DNA of 59,345 nt, counting the filler, from Sphacelaria rigidula (Eukaryota), in NCBI GenBank assembly GCA_964200075.2. It is 9 parts of 9 records of this genome, joined end to end, with 100 filler letters (N's around TTAATTAATTAA, not from the genome) between each part and the next. Parts side by side here need not be neighbours in the genome. Positions count along the whole stretch, not along the records: positions 33,028 to 39,532 come from CAXNAA020019682.1; positions 39,633 to 46,137 come from CAXNAA020019683.1; 7 more parts are not named here. One strand, written 5' to 3'. Below, in pieces: positions 33,028-44,827 of this stretch. The stretch's first letter is position 1. Each line of letters begins with the position of its first letter. The translations under genes were made by a program, and so were the position numbers. The notes under the pieces were generated by a model that was given only the letters and a program-made list of their open reading frames with translations, was not told the DNA's origin and made no database searches.

Positions 33028-34710
33028 TTTTCCAAGAGGTAATGAAAACAACCCGTCGGTCTTCCCCCACCACTACCGATACAACGGACGCGTGTCTTGG
33101 GACGGGTTGGTGCACTGAAAGACATGGCTGGGGCTCCGGTGCCATGTGGCTTCAGCAAACGTGGGCTGACGACTTTATGCTTTCTTCTGTGTCGCCTTGA
33201 CGCAGTATAGTTGACCATTGGGGAGCATAAGTTGATCTATCTTGTTATTGTGAACGCCGAAATCCGGATCTTTTCATGGGAGCTGTGCTTCTGGCATGCT
33301 CCGTGGCTTTCTTTTCTCCTTCAGTTCAGAGTTTGTCCAAACTTGCCGCCAGGTGAGATGAGATACAAAGCTACGCTATCGATGGTGGCGTGGTGATGGC
33401 ACCGGGTGCAGGAGAACGAGCGCTACTATTTCCACTATCACAAGCAATGCACAGATGGGGGGATATATCCGCACACACGGAAGCCTCTAGGGGTTTGGTC
33501 GAAGGTTCAAATTCTACACCTGCCGAACATTCCACACATGCGATGTATCAACCATTTGCAGTATCAAGAGTCATCCATGGGTGTAATCTATTCTGAGGCC
33601 GCTGGACAGGGGTGACGGTTTCGCATGTCGTGAAAACCGGCGAGGGTTGGAGGTGCTGGTCTGCGCCCGTAGCCCAAACGGTTGCCCTCGTCAAGGCCAT
33701 CGATTGGGGTGCGATTTTTTGCATCATCTGTGCCAAGACAGCAACTAAAAACTCGGTAATCGATTTTTCTTTATCTCATCGGGATTCGACTTTAATAACA
33801 AATAAAGTGGGAAAAACATGTTTTTTTGCGATTTTCTCGATCACCATTACTCCTTTGGTTCCACAATCTTCCCAGATTGTAACTTGGACAAATACACGCC
33901 GGTGAGTAGCCTAGGTACGCCGTGGTTCGTAGCCCGGGACACCGAAAATGGGAAATCGTCGAGTGGAAACCCCACTCAAATCACACGTACTTGGGGGGAT
34001 TTTACGGCGTGCATAATCAGGGGATGAACGAGATCTCCGGTCTGTTCGTGCTTTTGGTCGGTGACACTTTTTTGGCTCATTTTGGGGGGTCAGGCACGCC
34101 CATAACTGTTGCAAATCTCCGCTCACATGCGCATGTATTTGCATGTGCATCAGATTTCCGTGAGCCACAGAAGAATTAAGCAAACAAGAACAATTGTGCG
34201 GTAACATCAAACCGCAAAATATTTCATCATGTGACGATGTAGCAATCATCGATAACTTACAGATGCCAAATATGTTTCCCGACTCTTTCCCCCCCCTCCC
34301 CCAAAGAAAAAAACATCATTTCCAAAAAAAAAGGGGGGGACAAGGTAGGCAAGGACGGAAAGAACATCGCAAACCTAGAGGTCGTTTGCACGCATTGTTC
34401 CTACAGCGTGTTTTCTGGACCTTGTATAATAAATGCAGGGATCTGCACACTGTGGTTTTAGCATGCTCCTCTAAACCTTGACACTGCACGGAGGTCGTCG
34501 AGGTCGTCGTGGTTTTACGACACGTCCCTCTAGACCTTGAAAAAATGCACTCGAATAAAACAATCAAAACAAATTCACCTAACGCACGTAATTTTGCTGC
34601 GCGCTCTATATAATGTACGAGTATACAGGAATCTCACACCTACTTGGGTTCTTTTACTCAATCACATTTTTTGACAGAAAAAAACAAAATCAAGTCCTTC
34701 AAACTCCAGT

Positions 34711-34899
34711 GACGATGATGATCGAAATTTAGCGTTGACGATGATCGAAGTTTAGCGTTAACGATGATGATCGAAGTTGAGCGTTGACGATGTTGATCGA
34801 AGTTGAGCGTTGACGATGATGATCGAGGTTGAGCGTTGACGATGATGATTGAGGTTGAGCGTTGACGAAGATGATCGAAGTTGAGCGTTGACGATGATG
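34711..34899 (+). repeat. 26-bp minisatellite, ~7 copies (GACGATGATGATCGAAGTTGAGCGTT)
   Basis: Head-to-tail units without spacers, immediately downstream of the Copia pol stop. Confidence 0.93.
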
Positions 34900-34932
34900 C
34901 TGAAGATATTTATCCTGCCAGATTAATATCCG

Positions 34933-36900
34933 TTATCTCCCATATTCGGTTACAGCCTTCAGCAGTCTCTGATGTACGATTCTATCACAGCTTATGGTGA
35001 GAAGATCCGCTAATTGTTCCGAAGTTCGTACATAGTTTATCCTTAGTTGTCCGGCTCGAATCATATCTTTTAAATTAAAGAATCGTATCGCTAGGTATTT
35101 CAAGCTAGTGCTGAAGTTGGCGTTCGAAGACAGATGAAGTGCGCCTTGTGAATCCGAGTAGATAGTCGCGGGCTCAATAGATGACCATCCAAGCTCTCGT
35201 ATCAGATTGAAGAGATACGTTCCGAATTTGCCGGATTTCGAAAGGCCAATTAACTCGGCTTCTGTCGTTGAAGTGGCTGTTATACGTTGTAAGCTCGAAG
35301 TGAAGTGAACGAGCCCGTTCCACAGAAAAAATAACGTCCCCGTTGTTGATCGCATTTTCCCCTGAAGTCCGGCATTACCATAGCTAGCATCACAAAATCC
35401 CTTCAAAACCAGATTCTTATTGGAGGTTGAGTACGTTAGCGGAAGATCGGGTTTTCCCTTCAGATACCGAAACATCCGTTTAACTGCTACTAAGTTTTCC
35501 CTTCAGATACCAACCTTGAACCGCCAACCGGGCTTTAAAACGTCCGTCGGCTTTGACCTTAAAGACCCGCCTTGTACCGATGATGTCGTGGTTGCTGGCC
35601 GGGATGATATCGACTACATCATGATTCTTGATACTTTGAAGTTCGTCCAGCATGGCTGCTTGCCGTTTCGTTGAGTATGGTGAGCTCGAGGCCTGTAGAT
35701 AGTTGGTAGGTACTGTAATTGACGCGGGTGGTGAAACCTGTTCATTTCCGACAGTGAATATGTACTGACATACCATTTCCAGTGTTGCTGCAGCATGTTG
35801 ACCCCCAGAAGACATGAAGGCTAGTCGCTTTAGCTCACTAGCTTGCCGTTTGTTAATAGGTCCAGGAGGATGTTGATTGGGACCGCCAGCTGAACGCAAC
35901 CTCCTTTGGGCGATAGGCGGCCCTGTAGTCGGTGAATTGTCCTCCGTGGTGCTGTTCTCTAGCTGAGCTATAACATCGTAAATATTTATGTTGAAGTTGA
36001 TTGTGTCGTCACGATGTTCCTTATCAACAGCAGATACGTCGGGCTCCTGGATATCCAATGTCAAAAAATCTTCATCACTGCAAGGAGCTCCTGTTACTTG
36101 TTCGATGAAAGTGACGTTTCTGGAGCTGGACATTTTTCCCGAGTAGCGGTTGTAAATGCGGTACGATGGACTATCGGAATCATACCCTACCAGCACTCCT
36201 TCCCAAGCCTTTTCTTCTATCTTACTGGGATGATGCTCCCTGTGCACAAACGTCCTCGAGCCGATTGTTCGCAAGGATGATAATTACGGTTGCTTGAGAA
36301 ACATCCGAAAAAATGGTGTATCGCCGCCGATGCTTGTGTGTGGTAGACGATTGATTAAAAAGACCGCAGTTGCAGCAATTTCTCCCCAAATAAATTTCGG
36401 AAAATTTGATTCGTTCAGGAGACGACGTGTAACGTTCAAGATACTCCGCCTGTCTCTTTCACTGATGCCATTCTGTTGAGGAGTATATGGACTGGTGAAC
36501 TCTTGACGGATACCCGTAGTCTTGCAGCACCTCTTAAAATAGTCCGCGATGTATTCACCCCCACGGTCTGACCACAGACGGTGTACATGGAGCCCTGAAG
36601 GAATAGCTCAATTTTGGATCAACCTGCAGAGCGTAGTTCGGGTTTCATCCTTCGTTTTGATGAAGTAAACTACCTTGAAACGCGAGAAGTAATCCGTAAA
36701 TTTTGCCGTGTAGCGGTAGCCGCCCTGCGCCATGGGCGTAATCGGCCCTGTTAGGTCAGTGCTGACCAATTGCAGTCGTTCCAAAATATTCGTGGAGTCT
36801 ACGGCTTTGGGTGGTCCTGCTGTACACTTTTATTAAGCTTGCACGTAACACAAGGTGACAGTGACCCCTCAAAGTTCACACCTGGTTCAGGAATATTCAG
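34933..36900 (-). pseudogene. pol: Copia integrase, truncated RT and RNase H
   Basis: DDE integrase motifs; SH3-like GVLVGYD; RT jumps from ARLAVQG directly to KRMFRYLKG; RNase H ORF 34933-35475. Confidence 0.92.
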
Positions 36901-36915
36901 TAGACGGCGCATGAC

Positions 36916-38964
36916 CTACTCCGTGGGATGTCCAAGTCGCCTATGCCAAATGTCTGCTCCTGTCGTGATAGACAAAGCTGTCGGTTCTGCTCCCGCTGTG
37001 GCAGACATGACTGCTGAAATTCCCGGCACGTCGTGGTGCATGGCTTCTGCAACAACGGCTGACCCGATGCCCATAGGTTCTCCCGACATAATTGTAGCTG
37101 CAAATGCTGAGCTGTTATTAATATAACCCGGTTTCCGAGAAACTCTCACGCTGATGTACTGTAACGCTCCGTTGCTGTCACTGTTGATTGGCACTTTAAA
37201 CTTTCCGAGGTCTATATGGGACTCGTGAGAAAGTATAGTCGAAGCGCCCTTTGCAAGAGCTTGCACAGGGGAGAACAGATGCTTCCCCAAACCTGGGACA
37301 ATTACGGCTGGGAGCCGAACAGAACGTTGGTACCCCTCAGAGTCAATGACCACGGTGTTCAGAACTCTTTTTGCTGTACCATAGAGTAGATGGCGCTCCG
37401 CTGTTAAAATCGTCATCGGGGTATCGAGTTTGACCAGCTCGACCATTTCACATTCGATGTCGGGTAGCAACTGATCATCCAGAAAGTGTCCAGTGCTGCC
37501 GCTATCCACTGTCAACTGAAGAGAAGTTTGATCGGATGTATCAGTGACATATGAACCAGAGAGAAGAGAAAATCCCATGCCGTTTGGTGGTGATGATGTA
37601 TATATCACTGTCGCAGTTGTTGTTGATAAAGAAGTTTGTATACCGTTGTTATTCGATGGTGCGGTTGTAGAAGCTGGATCGGCGACGACTGTGTTGGCTT
37701 GGCGTTGATGTCCGTTGGAGTTGTTGCTGTTGTGGTTGCTCCTACTGTTGTTGTTGCTGCTGTTGTCACGGTTGTTATTTCGATGGCGGGGTTTTCTGCG
37801 ACGATGATGGTTATTATTTTTGTTGTTTCCAGCGTTGTAGGCTGCATTCCCGCGGTTCTGTTGAGATCTACAATCAGAATCGTCATGCTTGTTAGTATGA
37901 GGGAAACTGCACCATTTTATAGGCCTGTTCCCGTCATTTGACTGCATTTGGGAGCGATAGTCTCTGGCCTGATGTCCTGGTTTCCCGCAGGTGTCGCAAT
38001 TTCCACGAAGGTTTTGGGGTTGATTCAAAGATCTCGACAGTGATGTCACCAGCAGTGATGAATCGCGGCCATGCGATTTCCCGGAGGTATATCTCCGCGC
38101 CATGCGATTAGCAAACATATTTTGCATTGTTCTTTCGATGCTCTGAATACTGAGATCTTGATCACGCTCCGCATTGTACTTGATGAGGTCATACTCACTT
38201 GTTAAACCTTCGATCACTATGTCAGTCAGCCTTTCTTCGTAAATGGCCTCGCCAAGGTTGTCCTGTTCGTCCCGAAGCTGATACACATTGCTCGAGAAAG
38301 TATCAGGGTCTTGCCCTGGTGACATGGAGACGTTGTTGAGTTCTCTCATCAAGATCCTGATTATCTGCTTCGAAAACTTTTGATACCTGGAAATCAAAGC
38401 CTCCCATGCACGTTTGCCGTTTGGTCTCTCTGAACCCCTCGGCTGGAAACGCAACAAATAACTCGCTGCAGGACCAGTTGTAGACAGGTACAAAACGTGG
38501 AACGATTATTGATTGCACCGGTCCCAACTTTCTATCTCACGCGTGTTAGAAACCCGCCTCAGATGTGACACCACGCTTGGAGAACGAGGTTCTCGTGTAG
38601 AATGATGGTTTTCTTCGGTAGGTCCAGTCACATCCACCGCCGCGATCGTCTCGTCCCCAGCGGTTGCCTCCACCGATGAGAAATGCGGTCGAACGGACGA
38701 CCGCTGGCGGGTGGTTTGAGAACGAGTTCTAGCAGGGGTAGGTCTTGTGGCAGCTGGTTGTGGACGATCTACCTCAGAAAAATCTTCTTCTAGTTCCGCG
38801 GGGCGTTTGACCCCGTTGAGGATATCTGCAATCCCCGGATGAGTCAAAGAAATGATTGCGCGCGTAGAGCGCATCCACTCTCCGAACTTTGTACCGTCGA
38901 ACTTGTTGATGCTCTTGATGAGCTGAGTTACAGATGGCTCTCCCGACATATTCATCTGCCTCAC
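36916..38964 (-). pseudogene. gag: Copia gag-protease-pre-integrase region (ORFs 38506-38964 and 36916-38493)
   Basis: AWEALISRY gag motif; damaged knuckle CDTCGKPGHQARDY; second Cys/His motif WCSFPHTNKHDDSDC; DSG protease. Confidence 0.9.
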
Positions 38965-39163
38965 GTTACTAATAAAACTATTCTCTTCACACCTGCAGAT
39001 CTTTCGGCAAGATCAGAGACTTTCGATTGTCGCTGCTGTGGCGACCTTGATGTGACACCTCCTCGCTCGTGCTGACCGATGTAGTCTTGACCCGAAGACT
39101 GATGACCTGAAGACCTAGGTGGTCGCGAATCAAAGGCACCTGTTGGCCTATGTGGTTACGAAC

Positions 39164-39177
39164 CGAGGCTCATAATC
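39164..39177 (-). promoter_or_regulatory. Primer-binding site, tRNA-iMet internal (half-tRNA) type
   Basis: GATTATGAGCCTCG directly after the LTR end AACA; resembles the GGTTATGGGCCC-type PBS of Drosophila copia. Confidence 0.7.
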
Positions 39178-39382
39178 TGTTGGACATTGTTTGCTGGCAC
39201 GGCACTGTCTCACTGGACAGTTAAGCAGAGGCTTGCACTGTAGTAGTAAAACCAACATGGTGTAGTTCGGCGCTTCTGGCCTAAAATATCAAACAGCCTT
39301 TTTTGCAAGAGAGAGCTGTGGAAGCAAAACTGGGTGGCTGGGGAGAGTGAGAAGCGATGGCGAGTGAGAGCGAGCCTCAACA
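39178..39382 (-). repeat. 5' LTR of the Copia element (205 bp)
   Basis: TGTTG...CAACA inverted termini next to the PBS; outer boundary unconfirmed because no second LTR is present. Confidence 0.65.
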
Positions 39383-39532
39383 CTTTCCACTCCCTGGACA
39401 AAAACCAATGCTGTACGTAAACCGAAAGATCTTAAAACGTATCCTATATTACCATGAAAAAGGTACAGTGAAACGACACATACGTGGTTTACAGTTTCAC
39501 CTGAACCGTAACAAATAACTTTCAAGTCGTGT

Positions 39533-39632
39533 NNNNNNNNNNNNNNNNNNNNNNNNNNNNNNNNNNNNNNNNNNNNTTAATTAATTAANNNNNNNNNNNN
39601 NNNNNNNNNNNNNNNNNNNNNNNNNNNNNNNN
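39533..39632. other. Artificial contig linker
   Basis: N44-TTAATTAATTAA-N44. Confidence 0.98.
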
Positions 39633-40585
39633 GGGGAAAGCACTGTTTTAGGCTTGAACCTCATCTCAAAGTTAAACCTCAATTCGCACAATTTGTTGTT
39701 AAATGATGTACGACTAGTATGATCTATTCATTAAAATGATGGCTCTGAGCTGACTCACGTTGATTTGTCCTAACCGTGGACACTTTCTACGATCAAAGGG
39801 TGTGGCATGCTGGAATGTCATATCGTACGTACGCTTTGTCTACGGGAGCCCCCCCCTCCCTCAAAACCAGTCCAAAAGTGTCACGAAAATAATGGTCATA
39901 CGGCGCCTGGTGTTAGGTTTCAGGCTGCATAAAGCCCCTCATATGGGTGACATTGGCGGAAACGAAGCCAAGCGTGGGAGAGTTCCCGGCTGCTCGTTGT
40001 GCTCGGCCTTTTCCGCTCCAATTTAGGTGAAGGCTTTGCCCCCCCAAACCAGCCACTATTCTGGGGAGGGGGGCTGTCGTAGAAACTGTCCTTCATAATC
40101 AGAAATCCCTCCCCGCGAAACTCTTTAGTACCCAATATTCCTTCCAAGGTGGCTATATTGCCTTAATTTTATCGCGAGAAGGGTTGAATAGTGCCTGTCC
40201 CTTGTCGACCGTGAGGTCCAATTTTGTGTACCCACGACATTGTCGCTCTCCTGTAGGGGATGGTTTGAGAAATGTGACATTACCGAGATTCGGGACCATT
40301 TCCCAAACATTAGGGAGTGTCAGAAAATGTATTTTCGAGCAAGAGTGAGAGCGGAAGAAGATGAGGGTGGAAACTTTCGAAATTTCAGAGTGTGAGTTGT
40401 AATTCCATCGGTGTCCTGGACGCCAGTCTGAGATTAGAATCGAAACTTTCGAAACTTTAGAGTGTGAGAGTTGTAATTCCATCGACGTCAGTCTACACAT
40501 AGTGTAGACTGGGGTCCAGAATAGATCGGTGTAGACTGGCGTCCAGGATAGATGGGCTGATGACGCACACCACTTCGAAATTCCA

Positions 40586-40686
40586 CCTGTTGCCCGCGAG
40601 GACAGGTCACCTGATAAATTGGCATCAATTTCACTTCAGTAAAGTTCGCGTGATCCACATGTACTACCCGTATCGGGGTCTAGGAG
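40586..40686. mobile_element. Diverged piggyBac-type MITE, ~101 bp
   Basis: Reverse-orientation match to 20850-20951; right end TCGGGGTCTAGGAG-TGAA. Confidence 0.6.
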
Positions 40687-40952
40687 TGAAAAACCTGACC
40701 CTCTAAAGCTGTTCCACTCTGAGAGAAACCATTTTCCGAAACTTACTGTTACAGTTCTCTATTGCACACACACAGGTTGCACAGAACATACAGTATAGGA
40801 GGGGTGCACAATTTTTCTTGAAGCGGCTGTACTTCAGGAGCCTCGCAATGAGGGACATCTGGGCCCCATTGCGCAGCGCCTCAGAACACTTCATGAAGAC
40901 ACGAAAGTGCACCCCACCGGAGAATGAACCACAAACAGCACACTGCAATGAA

Positions 40953-41088
40953 CAGTGTTTTCGTGAGATTGAGAGTAGATGATACGATTGACAGTGGCTT
41001 TGATCATTCGCTGCAAGTGAGTCATTTTTTTATTCCACGTGTGGTTTTGTTCACCTCCATCACTATTCTCAATCTCACGAAAACACTG
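40953..41088. mobile_element. 136-bp MITE with ~26-bp TIRs (CAGTGTTTTCGTGAGATTGAGAGTAG)
   Basis: 40953-40978 is the near-perfect reverse complement of 41063-41088; flanks TGAA and TTAA; a related end occurs at ~57905-57957. Confidence 0.75.
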
Positions 41089-41092
41089 TTAA

Positions 41093-41189
41093 CCCTTAGA
41101 CCGCGAGGTTAGTCTTCTATTGAATCGGCATCAATTTCAAGTGAAAAAAGTATGCATGATCCAGAAAGATTCATCTCGCGGTCCAAGGG
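41093..41189. mobile_element. piggyBac-type MITE, 97 bp, best-preserved copy
   Basis: TTAA-CCCTTAGACCGCGAG ... CTCGCGGTCCAAGGG-TTAA (14/15 TIR match, perfect TTAA on both sides). Confidence 0.9.
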
Positions 41190-41251
41190 TTAATGGTGGT
41201 ATTGGCCCGACGGAGAGTATTTTCGAAAATGAGGGTGGATACGAATACAAA

Positions 41252-41824
41252 TGTTTTCCGTAACCTGAAAGTCATCACATATGACTCTGACATGAGCAGC
41301 CTCATGCCCCCCAACCTCCCTGGAACTTTTTTGGGGAGATTCTCGTCTTCCGCTCCCCCAAAGGACACGTGCGATGCCATTTTCGGGCAAAAAAAGTCCC
41401 TATCTTCACCCCGAAATCGACGCAAAAAGAAGGTGATTTTGGTTGATTCCGCGCTAGACCCCTCCAGAAAAATGGCTGTTTCGAGGAGTCAAAATCTACT
41501 GTGAAGCGAACTCATGAAAGACGAGTACATGGAACAGCTGGGAACTCTCATGTTTGGGATCGTTTTCGCCAACATTTTCGCCCATGTGAGGGGCTTTACG
41601 AAGTCTGAAACCATTCAATATTGCGCGGCGCATGACTATTTTCTTCGTGGCACTTTCGAGCTGATTTGGGGGGGCTACCACGGCGTCACACTTTCACACA
41701 TATCGCCTTCGGGGGAACGCGGAAGAACCCGCCAAAAAATATGATCGTAGTTTCAGGGAGGTGGGAGGGCATGACGTGTTTCGTATAAGAGTAATTTGTC
41801 ATAACTTCAGGTCAGGGAAAACAC
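41252..41824. repeat. Second inverted-repeat element of the 755-1105 family
   Basis: Arms ~41252-41330 and ~41750-41824. Confidence 0.65.
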
Positions 41825-41849
41825 TGTTTGGAGGTGAACCTCATCCTTC

Positions 41850-41957
41850 ACGAGTGGCCACTGAGGTGCCTGCGACCTCAATTTTGGACGTTACAGACGT
41901 TGTACAAGGTCTGTAACGTCCAAATTTGAGGTCACAGGCACCCCAGTGGCCACCCGT
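41850..41957. repeat. 108-bp spacerless palindrome
   Basis: 54-bp arms with 5 mismatches, centred on TGT|ACA at 41903/41904. Confidence 0.92.
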
Positions 41958-44776
41958 TTTGTTTCAAAAATCATCTGTTCCAACGTGGCGGAACACAGAA
42001 GTGTGGGGCCGATACACTGGTTGGCAAAAGCAAACGTCACGCACGAGAATGAAGAGGGAGCAGCAGCTATTAGCCGCCGTTTGATGGTCTACGTGGTACG
42101 TGCAGTAGCACGCAGCCGTTTCAAGTAGTGAGTTTGGAAATACCTGCCTTTTTTTGTTCACCCGGCGCAACATATAGCCCCGTTGTACTGATGTACTGTT
42201 GATACTACTACCCCGTGCTTCAACCCCGCCGAACCTCCCGCAGCATGCAGCATAATGTTGATGCAGTTTATGTAGCCTAAGAGAAGAAAATAATGAATTC
42301 ACGGGGACACCTCGCCGTGCGCATCGGTCAAATGTCAAACTTTGAAAACAGGGGTGTGTGTTATAGTGTACTGTATGTCCCCCGCAAGCTAACTGTTGTT
42401 GGGGCTTCGCAGTAACAAAGGTTCTACAATATACTCCCGCATGTATCACCTAGCATCTGCGAATAATTCGCCAAACGCAGCAGCGAATCTTCATGCTTCC
42501 TATAATAGGTGATCCTCAATACTATGTACGATGGTATGCGACAGAACAACAACGGCGACCAAGGCACTTTTCCCTCCGAGTTCTTGGAACGTGAGCACGC
42601 GAACACGCACAACAACATATAGGGTGATGACGATTGGAATTTGTATTGTTCATACAATCATGCACCGTGCTTTCATTTCCAGAACGTGTGTACTCCGGAG
42701 TATATAATTTATTTTGTATATTATTATCATGACTGAAATAGCTGCTGTTGAATGTTGTCCTGTTTGGAGTGTCGTGTTTCCCCTCTTGTCAAGTCTCCCT
42801 CGTCTGCATACAAGTTATTTTCAAGTGACAGGAGGAAGAATGGCACAATGCACACTCAATGATAATCGTGTTGGTGAAGGCTATCTAGCTATACCACACT
42901 CGAAAAATTATTTCCGCCGTCTGTACTGACAATGCTGCTGTAGCACCGATTGGTTGGGGGGAGGGAAGAAATGGATGCGGGGGCTCGCAGGAAAGCAGGA
43001 GAGTGGGTACGCCGTAGACGAGGACCACTTGACAAGATTGGTGTTGGTCATCATCTTTACTTGATTCTGGATCCCAGTGACTTGAATGAGGAGGGAGGTT
43101 GGAGTGTAGAGATACGGCGCATCACCGCGCTCTGTTTTCAAATCAGCGGGTAATGTGTGTTGAATGCGCGAGCGGCGACAGCTGCGGCTGCGGCTACTGC
43201 CGCTGCTGTACAAGTCCAAATATCAACTAGGCTTTTCATGGTCGTGAGTACGGTATCATACGGCGTCATTGTAGCATATCATTTTATAGATGAATGGATT
43301 CTGACCGGTGGCGATGGTCTGTGTCGGTGGTCAAGACAAGGTACAAAGAACAGTACAACTGTGAAATAGATATCAGTGATTCGGCTCTGGGTATGCGGTG
43401 AGACTACGAGTGCACAAGTCTCGGTCCTCTGCGCACTGCGCATTTTTCATCATTCTGAGCAAAAAAGCGAAACACGTGATGAATAGGATGCTACACTTCG
43501 TGGGTACTGGAGCTCGGCTTACAGCTTACTGGTATCATTGCGTGAATCTGCAACACTGGCGATAGAGAGAAATGGACAGCGGCAACATCACGGCACCCGA
43601 AAATTGCGACTATACAGTACAGTCCAACCACCAGCAAGAAGCATTCGTCAAACATACCAACAGCTGGCCATGCTCCGCGATACTGCACTCATATTGTAAT
43701 AATGCAGGTTACGCGGGCAGAAGAAGGCGACTTGAGCTACTTGACACAACTGACGCTCTTTTCTAACACTTCGCCATACATACCGTCCTGTAGTGATACT
43801 ACTGTCTGTGCCGTTGCAATCTGTTCCGTCAAATCAACTACATCGCAGGCCACTAGCTACAGTCAGGCATACGTACTCACAGAACGCAGGTGGAGGAAGA
43901 ATTAGTCGTCGACGGTGATGTTGTGGATTGCCGAGGCGGGCAGGCGAACACCCTCTCAGTCGAATGTCGTTTGTATTATATGACGCGGCATATTATGCGT
44001 ACAGTATCTGTATCTTTCTGACGGTACCAACCCGTACCAACAAAGCGACGGTTACATCACGTGGGTCCCATAGCACCAGCCAAGGGGTATGATGATAAAG
44101 CCGGGTTGTCATACCGATTTCGGGCAATAACCAAAATAATAATTCCGATCCGTGGTGATCGCATGGCAACTTTATATTGGTTCTTGTCTGATGTACTGGC
44201 TGCATGTATGCCGACCATATATGTGTAATCTTCGGCGTGATGATGCCGGTCGGACCTCGAAGATCTCTCTTCTTATTGAAGAAGTGAAATCAGGCACCCA
44301 CGCAGCATGTACACGAAAATCATCAATCAGCAGTGAACAGGCGCGTTAGAAGCGCTCGGTGGCGAACATTTGAATGTCGCAAAGTAAAGCAACGTACTGC
44401 GATACTGCGATGAGATGTGCCAGGCTGCGCGTTCTTGAACCCGGCGAGCGGTATGTTGATTGCCGAACCCTTAATGTAATAGTACACTGTACTTGAATGT
44501 AAATTATGCTGACTGTCGTCAAGTACACCGGGAACTCCGAGTTGGAGATACTTCTACTTCCATTAGGCGGCGCTTCGTCATCGATCTCATGTCCTTTTCG
44601 GTACCCATCCCAGAACGCACCCGTCCTGAATACAAGTACTACAGTCTGTGAGTTTTGAATCTGGGTCTTTTTTGTTTTCTTGTTTTTTTTGCTAGCCTGT
44701 GACCACGGAAGGCGTCCGCATCAGATGCCCAGTACGAATGTACGGCGCAGATATCGGAACGGTTTTTAATGTGAAG

Positions 44777-44827
<51 letters not shown>
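44777..44827 (+). repeat. (ACA)17 microsatellite
   Basis: Direct observation. Confidence 0.97.

Larger units (their letters stand above)
34933..39382 (-). mobile_element. Ty1/Copia LTR retrotransposon, defective (RT core deleted, 3' LTR not found)
   Basis: Order LTR-PBS-gag-protease (VDSGSTGHF)-integrase (WHRRLGH, CVTC, STDLTGP, SDRGGEY, QNGISER)-RT start (FKARLAVQG)-RNase H (FCDASY, STTEAE, SDSQGA, QLADLLT). Confidence 0.96.

Noticed and set aside
34711..34899. CRISPR-like array
   Set aside because: Units are head-to-tail with no unique spacers; eukaryotic context; no cas genes.
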